Below, piece by piece: positions 42,697-58,103 of a stretch of 64,000 nt of DNA (its first letter is position 1; every line of letters starts with the position of its first letter). The stretch is from Octopus vulgaris (taxonomy: Eukaryota). Position numbers and translations under genes: made by a program. The notes below the pieces were generated by a model. The model did not search any database. It was given only the letters and a program-made list of their open reading frames with translations, and was not told where the DNA came from. Location of the stretch: assembly GCA_951406725.2 (NCBI GenBank), contig OX597823.1, forward strand, positions 73,098,001 through 73,162,000, read 5' to 3'.

Positions 42697-43294
42697 AGAT
42701 TACATTAATAAATGAATATAAAAGTAAATATAGATATAATCCCTATAATTGTTTCGATTCAAATTTTGTTTCGCAAGCAAATGCACGGAACATCGATAAA
42801 GTTGTGCAGCACCTTAACCAAGGAACCACCGTTGGCCAAAATGTGTTTCTGCTTATATTCTCTAACTCAGAATTGGTGCGGTTTATATTAGTGTCTCTAT
42901 TTATCGCCCGTGAAATAGCAGTTTGACAAATACTGGTTGTTTCATATAAGCACCACTCTTATAAGATTCATTATATCCTACAGAATGTACACCTATCATA
43001 CCGTAATCGCATGAATAAATGGTCAGGTGTTAAGGAAAGGAATATAAATATATGTATTCATTAATTTGCAGAATCCATCAGCCGTGTCTTATTGAGTTTC
43101 TACGCAAACATGCATTTTCATTTGACTGGAATAACATAGGTAAACAAGATGTCTTTGAACATAGCAGTCAGATGAAGAAGCATGTTATAATAGTTATCCA
43201 GAAAAGTACAGCTGACATGTGTGTGCGCGCCAGTGTGTGTAAACATGTGTGTGTATATGATGTGTTAGACAAACACACACGCAAATATATAATG

Positions 43295-43780
<486 letters not shown>

Positions 43781-43786
43781 TTAATA

Positions 43787-43856
<70 letters not shown>

Positions 43857-44021
43857 CATTATTATTATTATTATCATTATTATTTTATTGTCTTTGCACA
43901 GCTTCTAACGCTGGAGATGTACTACGGTGTCAACTGTTCACTACTAGTGAACTAAGGTAGCATCCGTAAAAAATAAACTAAACTAAACTAAAAAAATTCT
44001 TATTATTATTATTATTATTAT

Positions 44022-44360
44022 TCTATGTTTGAGTTTTGCTTTATATTTGTACGAGTTGGGTCCAAGTCTCACCCAGAGACCTCAAGAGACAACAGGTTGG
44101 AAGTTCATGTTGTTGTTATGCCTAGTGTGCCATCTATTTGGGGGGGGGGGTTGTACTAATGAATGTCTTAAAAAAAAAAATTATTAAAAAAAATTTTTTT
44201 TTCAAAAACCGAAAATTATGTTTGTTTTAAACCTTGAGATTACATAGAAAGTATTTTGCGTAGGATATGAGCAGTTCCCATGAGCACTATCTTTTGAATT
44301 TCTGCCATTTTTGGGTTTCCTGGTATCTGAGTTAGGCAGCTATCAGCCCCTTTTGCTATC
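44022..44360 (-). mobile_element. Second Dong-type family, 3' end
   Basis: QIPGNPKMAEIQKIVLMGTAHILRKILSM*; (TAA)n at 3' end. Confidence 0.75.
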
Positions 44361-44469
44361 ATTATCTGTGGTATTGAGCAGAATATTTGCTGTGCCCCAT
44401 CTTTTGTACCAAGACAAAACAATGTACATAACACTTCCAATCAGTTAAGATCAGAAGCCATTATTATTA

Positions 44470-44500
<31 letters not shown>

Positions 44501-44514
44501 CATTATTATTATTA

Positions 44515-44898
44515 TCTCTCTTTATATAAACGGCAGTTTGTCTGTGCGGGTTTCTGTGTGTCTGTTTGCTTGTACCCTCACCCTGACCACGGCTTTCAAC
44601 CGATTCTGATGAAACTTGACACACACATAGCCCAATGTCATAATTCAAAACTAACGCAGCGAAAATTTTGAAAAGTTCCCCCAGTTCTGAAAAAAATCGA
44701 TAAATTCGACATGGGGTCGAGAATCAGAAACACAAACCGCAAACTGTCTAGGGAACGCAACTCCACCTTTTTTTACTCTCAAAAAAAAATTTACCATAAT
44801 TTTTTTCCATTTTTTTGCTATTTTTTGGCTATAACTCTCTAAAAATGCTTTATAGTTATTTCCCTTACAAACCTGAGCAACGCCGGGCGATACTGCTA

Positions 44899-44899
<1 letters not shown>
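44515..44899 (+). mobile_element. Non-autonomous Helitron
   Basis: Starts A|TC, ends with hairpin CCTGAGCAACGCCGGG then CTAG|T; no target-site duplication. Confidence 0.8.
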
Positions 44900-44958
<59 letters not shown>

Positions 44959-45043
44959 TTCATTATCATCATCATCATCATCATCATCAACATCATCATT
45001 ACCATCATCATCATCATCATCATCATCATCATTATTATTATTA

Positions 45044-45081
<38 letters not shown>

Positions 45082-45610
45082 GAGTGAGAGAGCAGTGCAT
45101 GCCATCAAAGTGACACTAGGGGAAAATATACGAAGCCCAGTATACCCATCATGACCACCCGTCTGATAAGTGTACACTAGGCACATGCAGCACCACCATA
45201 TGTGCGCGACATGAAGATCTCATATCAAGATAAACAGCACATGACCTTGCAGGTGGGGCCCAGTTAGAATTTTCTTCTGGTTGAGTAACCTATCCTTGTA
45301 AGAAGGTCCCTGAAAAAGAGTTGTTGAATGAAACACCCATGTTTCCGGAGTTGAATTATTCAAACCCCAAAGAATCCTTCTCGACACATGGCTATGATTC
45401 TCCCCCACTACTCCTGCTCGTGATCAGAGATGCACATATCGTCAGCCACTAAGAGAATGCTCTACTGATTATGGTCAAACAACTGACAAGCAAATCTGTG
45501 GTATTGAGCAGAATATTTGCTGTGCCCCATCTTTTGTACCAAGACAAAACAATGTACATGATAACACTTCCAATCAGTTAAGATCAGAAGCCATGAGGGC
45601 CACTGCCTGG
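45082..45610 (-). mobile_element. (TAA)n-inserted retroposon, same family as 39044
   Basis: Reverse-complement similarity to 39230-39694. Confidence 0.75.
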
Positions 45611-45644
45611 TATATTATTATTATTATCATTATTATTATTATAG

Positions 45645-45838
45645 CGAGGAGCTAGAAGAATCGTTAGCAGGCCAGGTAGAATGCATAGCGGCATTTCGTT
45701 TGTCTTTATGATCTGAATTTGCCCGTATCGACTTTGTCTTTCACCCTTACGGGGTCGACAAAATACGTACCAGTTGAACACTGGGGTCAATCTAGCCTTC
45801 CTCCGAACTTACAGGCCTTATGGCAAAATCTGAAACCA
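45645..45838 (+). mobile_element. Diverged MetaSINE-like SINE
   Basis: Head and core similarity to the 697 family. Confidence 0.6.
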
Positions 45839-46437
45839 TTATTATTATGGAGACGAGATACGTGTATTTATTCTATGCATTTATGAATGTGAGTTTGCGC
45901 ATGTGTATGCATATATATGCGTATAGGGGTGTAGTTGTACATACTTATACTTCGCGTTTAGCCAGCTGAGTTTCCCAACAGTGGAAAAATAGAGGCCAAA
46001 ATTCGTCATTATCTACATTTTGTACAATAAATAGCATCTGGAAAGAACAAAGACCGACTCTGAAAAAGGAAAATTGATATCGTTAACTACATCATTGTCA
46101 AGTAAGATAAGATTCTAGTGTTACTGCTTGCCAATGACGATCTTCGTACTAAAACGAGAAAAGATTAAATAAATACAAAGGAATTGCAATTAAGCAATCA
46201 AATTAATATTACGTGAAACCTAAGAAATGTAGGAGACAAAATTAAAAGTTAAGCAAACCCATTATGTTGCCTGGAGATCAGATTTAGTAACTATTCTGAA
46301 ATGGTAGCCACTAATTACTCAATATAACTGACTGGTGAGTGAATTACTATACAAAGGTCATATGTAGACTAATAATGATGAATTTACAAATTCTGCTCCC
46401 ATAAATATTTTTAGCTTTAAGTATAGCATTATGTGTG

Positions 46438-46690
46438 GAGGCGCGTGGCTTAGTGGTTAGGGTGTCAGCATCATGATCGTAAGATTATGATTTCGATTCC
46501 AGGACCGGGCGACGCGTTGTGTTCTTCAGCAAAACACTTCAGTTCACGTTGCTCCAGTCCACTCAGCTGGAAAAATGAGTAACGCTGCAAAGGACTGGCG
46601 TCCCATCCAGCTGGAGAACACATGTGCCATTGAAACCGCGAAACCGGGCCCATGAGCCTGGCTAGGTTTTAAAAGGGCGCATTTATTTAT
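46438..46690 (+). mobile_element. tRNA-derived SINE (11961-type head and core)
   Basis: GGCGCGTGGCTTAGTGGTTAG...TTCGATTCC; GTGTTCTTCAGCAAAACACTT. Confidence 0.75.
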
Positions 46691-46709
46691 TATTATATTA
46701 TTATAGTTT

Positions 46710-46917
46710 ACAAATATTGGTATAAGGCCAGCAAATTTGGGAAAATAGTAAGTCGATTATATCAAACTCAAAGCTCAGCTGGTACATATTTTATTGACTC
46801 GAAAGGCTAACAAGTCAAGTCGATCTTGTCGAATTTTGAATTGAGAATGTAAATACAGACGAAATGCTGCTAAACCTTTTTACCGGTGTGCTAACTATTC
46901 TGCTAGCTTACCGCCTT
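46710..46917 (-). mobile_element. Diverged MetaSINE-like SINE
   Basis: Reverse-complement similarity to the 697 family. Confidence 0.6.
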
Positions 46918-49519
46918 AAATATATTATTATTGGTGCGATGTGTATGTACCATCCTACGGGTTGATACATATACATCACATCAAATTAGGTAATTGTAAA
47001 AAGAATATAACTTCTTCATTTATCATTTGAAAATAGTCCCCGTACCTGACTCATCTGAAATATTCAAGCACCTTTTCAACTCTAAAATGCAAACGGCGCC
47101 GAAAAGAATAAGGAAAATAACAACAAGACCGGATTTATTTTGCATTCTTTTTTCATAATGTATTCTTTGCATCCTTGCCACCGACTAAGCAAATTATGAG
47201 AATAAATTCTTGCAATTTTGAAGACATTTCCTCTGTACAGAAAGTGAGCATGGAAAGAATTTTATACATTGTAGTTTTCTTTAGTACCCGTTTCATAGAC
47301 CTCTCACCGAGAACATTTTGTGTTTAAACTCAAAATACAAAGTAACCTAAGTTATCTAATCGAGGCACTGTCTCACATATTATAACACATTGACATCACT
47401 AACATTAAAATAGTTACAAATTTTGACACAAAGCAAGCAATTTTAGGGAATAGAATTAACCGATGACATTAAACCCAGTATTTGATCGGTGCTTTATGTT
47501 ACCGACCTCGAAATGTTAACAACTGAAGCTGAGCAAGTGGAATTAGAACACTAAATGTAAAGAGCCGGAAGATATGCCCTCAAGTATTTTGTATGATGCC
47601 TTCACTACATTAATAATAAGAGCCAAAAACTTCGTTAAACAGTTATTATTTAAAGAACATCATGAATGCAATTAACAATTTTGTGACAGAAATGCAATAT
47701 TTTCTGGCTTCCAGACAGTTTCAGAGCAAATTGGATTGCCAATTATAAATATGAAGTATGTTTTCCTTTCATCATACAATATTCGTTATAAAATCCAATT
47801 TATGACAATGTGTTTTGAAATATGGCTAAATGGCAAATAATTTGTACATTTCCTGTTAACACTTTCGTAACGAAACCAAAACTCTCCAAATGGTTATTTT
47901 ATATCCTATTAAAATAGGTTAGTTCAACGAAAATAAATTTGAAATCGCCTTGATGAGATCTCTTTTAATTTCCAGCATGTAGGAGAAATGGTATATTACT
48001 TGGTTTATAGATTTATCGCTCATCATTTCTGTTTATCTATTTCGGTATCTATTTCTGTTCCCAGTAATCTCTCTCTCTCACACACACACATACACACACA
48101 TATATACACACACACACTTTCTTTCACAAACACACTCTTTCTCTCCCTCAGTCTCTATCTATCTATGTCAGTCTGTCTATCTATCTATCTATCTTTCATG
48201 TTTCTTTCTTTTTGTTTTTGATTATCTCCTTGCCTACTTCATTGCAAATATTTCTAAATAGAAATCCCCCTTCTTTCATTTCTACACTGTAAGCGTCATT
48301 TAACCGAGTTAAATGCATACTGAGTAATATAATTTATTTCAACAGCATTTTTAGTAGTAATCAGTGGTTGAGCAGTTGGCAGGCTATCCTGCTATTATGC
48401 ACACAAGTTCGTATCTAACTATTGTGCTGTTGAGACTGAATCTCTGAAGTCCTAAATAACTGCTTACTGACCGCAATCCACACTGCAGTACTTTGTGGTT
48501 GAGACTCTAAGTGGATGGCCACTTTCCATCTGTTTGTATTTCTCTTCCTTACAGATTGCGGCTGTTGCAGATTTACGTGTGTGAATAATCACGAAACAAA
48601 CTACTGTGTGAGTTTGCCCCGACAATAAGTATCCTCTTACTCACTAAGATTCTTACCACGTCTTTCCATGGCCACACAGTAACTGCATGCCTTGTGGTGA
48701 TAGTCTTATTTAAGAAGGACCGCTAAACTAACGTGGGCTCCAAGATAATATGCTCGTTATTGCAATGGATATACCCTGACACTTATTAATCATTATCTTG
48801 CTGGCTTATGAATAAGTCCAGACAAAAATCATAGGTAAATACTCTCCGATACAGAAGCAAATTCAGTACTTTCTCATAGTAAGTATAACTTATTTGCAAT
48901 GAACCGGATATATACAATAAAATCAGAAATCAGCGGCCATATGTACACAACTATGGGGAATTCTTTTGCATACTGTTAGCCACTATCAAATGAATAATCG
49001 GTCTGCGTGAGTTTAAAACATTTTTGGCAATTATTTTCGATAACCCACATATAATTTCCTTGATAGTTATAGTCTGCAGTATATCTATTTTCTATTCTCG
49101 AAAGTAACATTTTCTAAATTTAGGTTATGTACATACTAGTAGCAGTATAAATATATAATGATTGTTATAGGTGTCGTTAGTATTTATGTTAAGAGACATC
49201 ACCTCGACCGGAATGACTTAAAAACGTTCAATGCCACCAAGACTGTGAAACTCTTCTGAACACTTAATCACATTGTTTTCCAGACACGCAAAAAATACAG
49301 ATGAGTTACTCCCAGAAATAGATATTTAAATGCTACTATTTCAAAATGCGAGATATTTCTCTCTTAGTTTTGAGTTGTTTGAGGGCTACAAGAAAAGAAC
49401 CAAAAAAAAATTGCTGGTGGTTATCACAGGTCAACTTAAACTTGTTAATATTTATTTTAATATTGGTTATCATATTATTCCTTACGTTAAAAGCCAGTAA
49501 TGATGCAAATCAACAGACT

Positions 49520-49790
49520 ACCTATGTATGGTCAATCGTCATCTGTCAATGGCGAACCATATCACAGAGAAATCCAAAATATTGTGCTGGCGAGAACTGC
49601 CTACATCCTTTAAAAAAAACTACCGTTTTAAATGTATGTGTTGTATTACATGAAGATATTTTGCTCCAGGCTCTGCCACATTCCCTCCTCAAGCTTTCAT
49701 TTATACTGTAGCATCTATTATCCTTCACTCGCCCTAGGACGCTGGGTGTGTCTCGGTGAGTGATTGTAACAAACATACAGATTAAAAGTA
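49520..49790 (+). mobile_element. Possible Dong-type LINE 3' end followed by long (AAT)n
   Basis: Degenerate C-terminus and 3'UTR abutting (AAT)n at 49790-50003. Confidence 0.4.
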
Positions 49791-49817
49791 AATAATAATA
49801 ATAATAATAATAATAAC

Positions 49818-49882
<65 letters not shown>

Positions 49883-49884
49883 TA

Positions 49885-49919
<35 letters not shown>

Positions 49920-49938
49920 AATAATGATAATAATAATG

Positions 49939-49981
<43 letters not shown>

Positions 49982-50154
49982 TAATAATAATAATAATAAT
50001 AATTATGATGGGTATATTGGGCTTCGTATATTTTACCCCAGTGTCACTTTGATGGCATGAACTGCTCTCTCACTCAATAATAATAATAATAATAACAAAT
50101 TATAAAATTCTGATTTTAACTGATTATGATGTACAAAGAACGTATTTTGTGTCT

Positions 50155-50488
50155 GAAGAAGAAGAAGAAGAAGAAGAAGAAGAAGAAGAAGAAGAAGAAG
50201 AAGAAGAAGAAGAAGAAGAAGAAGAAGAAGAAGAAGAAGAAGAAGAAGAAGAATCTTGACCTAATCATACCTTCCCTAAAATAAATGCGAAGTACTGAGA
50301 TAAATTTAGACGTGCACTCGAACAAGTCTGACCTGACTAGAGTTAGACAATGAAAATAATAAAAGATAGAAGTATGATAGAGGGATAAGAAACATAATGT
50401 TAAAAAAGAAGACTGAGCCATTCTGGGAATAACTGAATGAAATATTATGGAGTTTATGATGACGACGAAGATGATGATGATGATGATA

Positions 50489-50549
<61 letters not shown>

Positions 50550-50609
50550 CGATGAGGATGTTGATGATGATGTTGATGGTGGTGGTGGTGGTGGTGGTGG
50601 TGTTATTGG

Positions 50610-50664
<55 letters not shown>

Positions 50665-50665
50665 A
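50155..50665. repeat. (GAA)n and (GAT)/(GGT)n microsatellites
   Basis: Direct reading. Confidence 0.95.
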
Positions 50666-52269
50666 GTAGAAGTAAGGTCGTGATGAAGTAGAGGGGTGGA
50701 GATTGAGGATGGTAAGTTCACTTTTTAAGTGCAATGTAATTAATTTTTCCCGCAAACGGATCTGGGAATTTGTTAATTCTCTAGGGAAATATAACAAAAT
50801 CGATATCAGCACGTAAGCTAAATTTTGCTTATAGACAAAAAGAGAATAACATTCTATTTGACATTTTTTTAAAGTGAAGATAGGAAATGCGTTATAAATT
50901 CTTTCAAATTACTAACATCGTTCCCAAATCTTCTTAAATCTAAGGTGTTCCAGTAGCAACGATAACCTCTGTTCAGTGCCATGTATGCGCTCTAAACTAG
51001 CTTTAGACAATATGTTCCTTGACTTAAAGGAAAATCCATGTGGTTTGAAAGAGACTTAGCCGATATTTCTAGCAAGTCACGCGACGTTGAATACTCTACT
51101 GCACAAATGTCAAATCATTAAGACATGATATTAGCGACCCACACAATAATTTGTGGTAAAAAAAAAGTTTTCGTTTAAATTGGGTTAGTGTATATCGTAA
51201 TCATGACCTGTCACATCCTGCATTTTGAATATTTACCGATGAAATCATGAGATATTAATGATTGAATATCAAAAATTTATTGAATATTCTGCCATAAAAA
51301 TGGCGTTAACTTCCTATTCCTATCTAGTGAAAAATTTCTTTCCGTTCAAGTAACAATATTTTTTTTCTTTTATCGTTACACTGTTGTACGTTCTTGCCTC
51401 TGTTTTATTCTGAATCAGAAACCATAATTGCTTGTATTCTAATTAGACGTAGAAACATTAGAGAGCTGTACAAAATATTATAAATTTAAAATACATAAAA
51501 TAAATATCCGCATTATTCGAAATAGACGCTACATTAAACTATTCTGATTAATAATCGAAATATGTTATTGTTTTTTTGAGTTTGTGTTAAGTGTTTAGTT
51601 TTGTTCTTTACTTGAATATTTTCAACTAGAAAATTAGCTGTGAATAATTTAAGGATTATCAATAGAATTGAAGGATTATCAAAATGGTAGCGGAAAAACT
51701 GATTAAAGTGTATAACATTGAGATTTTAATTGAAATGATAATGACGTGTGAGGATGGATAACAATAAATTCAATGATTGTAAGGATGATGATCATCATCA
51801 ACAAAACCTTGATTAATATTATCACTAACAACATCCTCATTATTATCAAAATTACTGTGATGTACATATTCGCTATTATTATGGTCGTTGTCTTTGACGT
51901 AGTTATATCAAAAGAGAAATGATGATTTCCATCAAGGACATACGTGTGTATGGAAGGACTAAAATCAATTGGATAGACAGGTACATACGGTATTGATCCA
52001 ACACCGATCAGAAGTATAAAAAAAATCATTATAAACTGCATTTGAAGTGAGAATACAAAGACCGTATTTTGTGCCTGCTTTTACAAGGATTTCTTTATCG
52101 TTAAACAATAGCTATTGGTTGTTTCTCATGTTGCTGCTTCTGCCACTGCTTCCGCTGTTGCTGCTGCTACTACTGCTGCTGCTACTACTACTACTACTAC
52201 TACTACAACTACTGCTGCTGCTACTACTACTACTACTACTACTACAACTACTACTACTACTACTACCTA

Positions 52270-52498
52270 TTTGTTTACTACCCACAAGGAGCTAAACACA
52301 GAGAGGACAAACAAGACAGACAAACGGATTCAGTCGATTATATCGACCCCAGTGCGTAACTGGTACTTATTTAATTGACCCCGAAAGGATAAAAGGCAAA
52401 GTCGACCTCGGCGGAATTTGAACTCAGAACGTAACGCCAGACGAAATACGACTACGCATTTCGCCCGGTGTGCTAACGTTTCTGCCAGCTCACCGCCT
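52270..52498 (-). mobile_element. MetaSINE-like SINE inserted in (CTA)n
   Basis: Full reverse-complement copy of 697-930. Confidence 0.85.
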
Positions 52499-53319
52499 TA
52501 CTACTACTACTACCGCCACTACTACTGTTAATACAGCTGCTACTGCTACTGCTGCTACAATTTTCACAATGACGGTGATGGCATAGTGGGAAAAAAATTG
52601 CACTCCGTACCTGACTGCCAATCCTACTGCTTCGCCGTTCTTTTGCTCTTTTCCTTTCTTACCACAATTTATGCAACATCATCCACTTAGTTTCAGCGCC
52701 CTCAACTGAGCACGGGGTTTTCATGGTCTTGTGAATTTGAAAAATCATTAGAATCGAAACTCCACCTTGTCGCTTCTGACCATATGTCGTCTCACGCATT
52801 CCTATTACTTAACACCCACCTTTGCTGCAATAAAAGAAATTAACGGCCGGTCATGGTGCCATTTATTTTCCATATCCCTTATCTTCACTTTAGTATTTTC
52901 ATCCCTTTTTAATAGGTAACATATCGACATGCCGACTTATCTATTTTAGTTATTCTTCAAACAACTGCTTCATCTGTGCTTGAAACCACTGGTGTTATTT
53001 TTAGACTAAAAGCACGCAATTGTTTCACTTTGTTATATATCTTGGATTTGATGTTGGAGCGCAGAGATAGTTTGCTGAAGCAATTATAATTTTTGCACCT
53101 GTTGAATTTTTGCTTCTGCTCAGTTTAAAATGTCTGTTTAATTATAAAGCAAAGCTATTAGCGCATTAATTTATGCCTGAGTGGTATTATTGCTGTTATT
53201 ATTCTAATTCTGGTTAAGTCAGCGACCTGGCAGAATCGTTAGTACGCCGCTCGAAATGCTTAGCGGCATTTCTCCATCATATATTACATGATGAAATATC
53301 GTCATGTAATAGAACACAG

Positions 53320-53900
53320 AGATTTAAATTGATAGGCTTTTTCTAAGAATGTAGGCAGTACTTGTCAGCATAATCTTTTGGATTTCTCTGAGACATGATT
53401 CTCCCAGGACATTATCCAGATGCTTCTGACATCTCTTTTTTATCATAACTAGGGTACCAACAATAACAGTAACACTTTTCGCTTTAAGATGTATTTCCAT
53501 TTCCACGTCCTTACATTTACTTAATTTGTCAAATTCCTTTACAGATATATTTTTATAAGTGGGAACATTCACATCTATTAGGCTACAAGTATTGTTGACT
53601 GGAAAATCCCAGAGGATAGTGATATTTTTACCTTCAACGACTCAGGATGATACTCATACCAGCAAGCAGGAGTGCTTGTTTTGTAGTGTTTACATATTTT
53701 CCAATATAAATACTGTCCTACGTTATCAAGGCGAATTTTGTATTCGTTTGGTATCAGTACAGGACATTCCGAGACGAGATGGTCTAATATTTCATCAAAT
53801 TTATCGCAGAATCTGTTTTTAGGGTCTGAACCATTTTGAAGAACGTTAGCATGGTAATTTATGGTAAGCACGGGCCTATTGTCAGATATCAATGAATGCA
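53320..53900 (-). mobile_element. Dong/R4-type LINE C-terminus (CCHC + REL), degenerate
   Basis: NRFCDKFDEILDHLVSECPVL...YLYWKICKHY...WYEYHPE; KEFDKLSKCKD...EIQKIMLTSTAYILRKSLSI. Confidence 0.75.
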
Positions 53901-53939
53901 GTTTAATGTGACATCTCTTCGATGGTCAGAGTAAGTGTC

Positions 53940-54550
53940 CATACATGTCAAATATTCAGTGTTATGTGTTAAGTCCCAGTAACTGAAACCTCTTACCCCT
54001 TCTGTACAAACTGTTAAAGAATTTTAATTCGCGAGGACATAAATAGAGATGCTAAACTTCGAGCTTTCGTGGGGCATCGTGTGCAAGCTAGGATGTAGGA
54101 TAGATGTGTCAACATATGAAAATGACATCACTATAATAGTGTCAAGCACTTATCATGTCGATATGATCAATGCTTATATGAAAGGGTATGAAGTGGTGAG
54201 AGAAACAAAAACTAACCAGGAGTCTTTGAGACTGAATCTCAGTAGCTGGAGAGGCAGATTCAATTCGGCTTACAACGTTGTGGAGTATAAATGGGGCGAG
54301 TTAATGAGCTGCTGACCACTCACAACCAGAAATTGGTCGAGCGGAGGCTATCCATGAAGGTAGCCTGAAGGTGACAAATGCCTACATTTCATGAGTCACT
54401 TACCACCGCCTTTGAGACGTGTCTTACCTTGCTGCAAAGTTTACTTGACTGGAGTGCTTGCCCTTCCACTTTCTGTGAAGTGTGAGTGTTACGCTACATG
54501 GACAGTTCATTTTCTATCAAAATCCAGTGCGTGGAGTACTAGGTATGCCT
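53940..54550 (+). pseudogene. Degenerate L1/Tx1 reverse transcriptase fragment
   Basis: VSTYENDITIIVS (YADD-like)...YEVVRETKTNQES...LSSWRGR. Confidence 0.55.
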
Positions 54551-54571
54551 CTTTATCATTATACCTTATTA

Positions 54572-54639
<68 letters not shown>

Positions 54640-54641
<2 letters not shown>

Positions 54642-54900
54642 TTTTTTTTCTTTTTTCAAATTTGCTTCCATTTCTTGCCGGGTGTCTTCCCGACTCCTAG
54701 GACAAAGAAACTCATAGTATACATTGGATGGCCATTAAACCAAACTCAATAGTTCGTTCATTTTTTTTTTTTAAGTTAAATTAAAATACATGAGCAGCAA
54801 CAGTTCTCACATCGACAATGCTCTTCTCAATACGTGTGATGTACCGGTTAAGACAATCTTTTGCACTTCTTGCAGGGATGGTAAGCCAGGGATCATTCTC
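54640..54900 (-). mobile_element. Third Dong-type family, 3' end in (TAA)n
   Basis: MIPGLPSLQEVQKIVLTGTSHVLRRALSM*. Confidence 0.75.
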
Positions 54901-54910
54901 ATTATTGTTG

Positions 54911-54983
<73 letters not shown>

Positions 54984-55057
54984 CATTATAATTATAATTA
55001 TTATTATTATCATTATTATCATCATCATCCTTATTATTATTATTATTATTATTATTC

Positions 55058-55300
55058 AGTAGTTTTATTTTTATTTTTATAGCGTGCTTTCACTTCACTA
55101 CCGAGCGCAGCTCTGTGTGCCTTGGGTATGTGCTGTGATTTGTTGTGATGCTCTGATGGTTATTGTATGGAAAGTGTTCTGCGTAGGATGTGTGCAGTGC
55201 CTAGTAGTGCAATTTTCTGTATGTTATATGTGTTTGTAAGTCCTGGTGTTTTTGTTATGTATTTGTCTGAATATTTTTTTATCATGCCTAATGCACCTAC
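55058..55300 (-). mobile_element. Dong-type LINE 3' end in (TAA)n
   Basis: Near-identical to 43416-43610. Confidence 0.8.
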
Positions 55301-55390
<90 letters not shown>

Positions 55391-55429
55391 TTATTATCAT
55401 TTCCGATCGCATAGCATGCATGCTTGTAT

Positions 55430-55880
55430 AGCTAAAATTGCTTTTTGCACTTGGTTAGCCTTCATACGGAGCCCAAGACACATGTTGTTTTTGATCAAAT
55501 GTCAAGAACATCGGGTCAAACTACGCAGTACCCTGATGCATGAGCAGATTTTCTATGGGAATAACTTGACTGACTTTTTAATGCATTCCAGTCGTGTGAA
55601 AGAACTGATAATTTGTCATGAATGAATGAGTTCGCATACATTTTCCACTCTTTCCAGCGTCTTGCTAATGATTCCTCCCCTTGAAAAGTTATTATCTTGA
55701 ACGAACAGCCGACCGGCCTTGATAAACGCGTGCCACTCGAATGACTGTGATCGATCTGAATAATGGTTGCGAAAAACCTGACACATTTTGTCGGGAGTCT
55801 TGGTTGATTTGCTAAACTTCATGAAAAATTTGATGCAAGCACCTTGTTCGAATTTGTCACCCAACTTAAAAATCTCAAGG
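55430..55880 (-). mobile_element. Mariner transposase N-terminal relic
   Basis: EQGACIKFFMKFSKS...SQSFEWHAFIKAGRLFVQD (EQR-CIKF...FEWH-RFK-GR motif). Confidence 0.7.
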
Positions 55881-56561
55881 TCGTCTAACACAATTATATA
55901 AATCCCCAATTAGCAATTAAAGACGAATAGGTAGCATGAGCTCTATAAGTGAATTAACTCTCGATACCGGGTAACAAGTCAACAGTATAATCACAGCATA
56001 TGCAAGCTAGAAGCTTTCTGATAAATCTTGTTGTTGTTAAAAGTAGCAATAATCTAAATTTTCAATGACAGTGATGAAAATATCTCCTTGATGAAATAAA
56101 CTACATAGAAAAAATCTTAGAAATAAACAGAATGAAGTGATTGAAAACTACAACAAGCTGTGTGATAGTAGGCGACCTATGAATAATACAAAGTAAGTGA
56201 GTAGACAAATACCTATGATAACTGAATTATCCAAACTAGAAAACATTCAATAGGCTGGAGAGATAATTATAGCACACGATACGAGAGACACTAATATCCT
56301 ATTATATTATTCATAACGGAACACACACACAAAAACAAGGTCATTAAACAAATAATAGAAGTAAAACTGTATGCAACAGAGAGAGAGAGAGAGAGATGTT
56401 GTGACAAGGTGACACAGCACATATAAATATACATGTAAATCTATACATCCATACAAACATGTATGCATATATATGTATATATGTGTATGTATGTATGTAT
56501 GTATGTATAAATATGTATGTGTATGTATGTATATATATGTATGTATGAATATATGTATGTG

Positions 56562-56609
<48 letters not shown>

Positions 56610-57494
56610 ACTGAGAAACGCTTGCAATGTAATGATTCGTTCAGAACATTTCCATTAGTGTAAAAGTCAAGTCTTACAGCGTGTCCATTCTGCAAATTCG
56701 TTTCAATGCCTCATTGAATCCATGCTATTTAATGTCCCTGGAAAGAAATAACTTCATAAAATATTGCTTTCTGAAATACGTGTTGCTGTTAATTATAGAA
56801 GCTAATAGGACTTTCTGAACGTTTGGACTGAGCCTTTTGTATATATACTACAGTTACTGCTTTTGTTATATATAAAAGATGCCAAAATTAAAACAAGTGT
56901 TATCTCGTATAATGTTTCGAAAAGAATATCTCTTAAGCCAGTATAATGCTATATCATATACCTCGTATTGATTTCTGAAATTTTCGTCTTCCTCTCTTAA
57001 ATATTATCCCTGACACATGGATTGTTACAGACAATATATCAATTCACGAAGCATCACTTGTAATTAGAATCCAAGGGTAAATAGATGCCTTGTAATTGTT
57101 CTTTATATTAGTCATTTTGGTGGTGTTCAAGGTGCATTGGCAGGCGATCTAGTTGCTACTGACATCACTACAGATATGTTACTTTATATTTCTTTATATA
57201 TTAACTTATATGGTTATAGTACTGTCCTTGATCTTGGTAGTTTATTTATAGACTGATGAAGGTAATACACATGATATTCAGCTTGAACTCCTGCAGAGTG
57301 ATATACGTAAAGGAAATGCAGTCAGAGTGGACTTTGAGAAGGAGGCAGAACAAATTATTGATTACATGCACACCTAAGCAGAAGTACACACAAGCAAATA
57401 CACATACAAATCTTATGTTTCTTGGCAGTTCTCTTCAAAAGAGGAACGGCTGAACGCACCTAAACTTGTCTTAATATTACAACACCAAACCAAC

Positions 57495-57702
57495 GCATTG
57501 AGCTGGCAGAATCATTAGAACTCCAAGCAAAATTCTCAGCGGCATTTCGTCCGTCTTGACGTTTTGAGTTCAAATGCTGCTGTGGTCGAGTTTGTCTTTG
57601 ATTTTGGGGTCGATAAAATAGGTACAAGTTAAGTATTGCGGTCGATATAATCGACTTAATTCTCCTCTCAAAATTCATGCCCTTCTGTCAAAATTTGAAA
57701 AC
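57495..57702 (+). mobile_element. Diverged MetaSINE-like SINE
   Basis: GAGCTGGCAGAATCATTAG...GAGTTCAAAT...GGGGTCGATAAAATAGGTAC. Confidence 0.65.
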
Positions 57703-57983
57703 AACATTACAACACTACATGGCGGTTTTCTTGGCATTATCCTTTAACAGCGTGTTCTAGATCTAGGTCCTTTCCCTTTTTACTCTTTGAACAATTTCTA
57801 GTCCTGAATTTCTAGCCATACTGAGACATCACCAACAAAGGTTATTTTAGTTTTTCGTACGACAACAGCTATTTCAGAAAGATTCATTTTGCTTCTCTGT
57901 AATGCTTTAAACAGCAGTCGTAATGTAAAGTGGTCACTTACGAACATGTACATGCATACACATATATACATAGATGCGCGTGC

Positions 57984-58026
<43 letters not shown>

Positions 58027-58027
58027 C

Positions 58028-58103
<76 letters not shown>

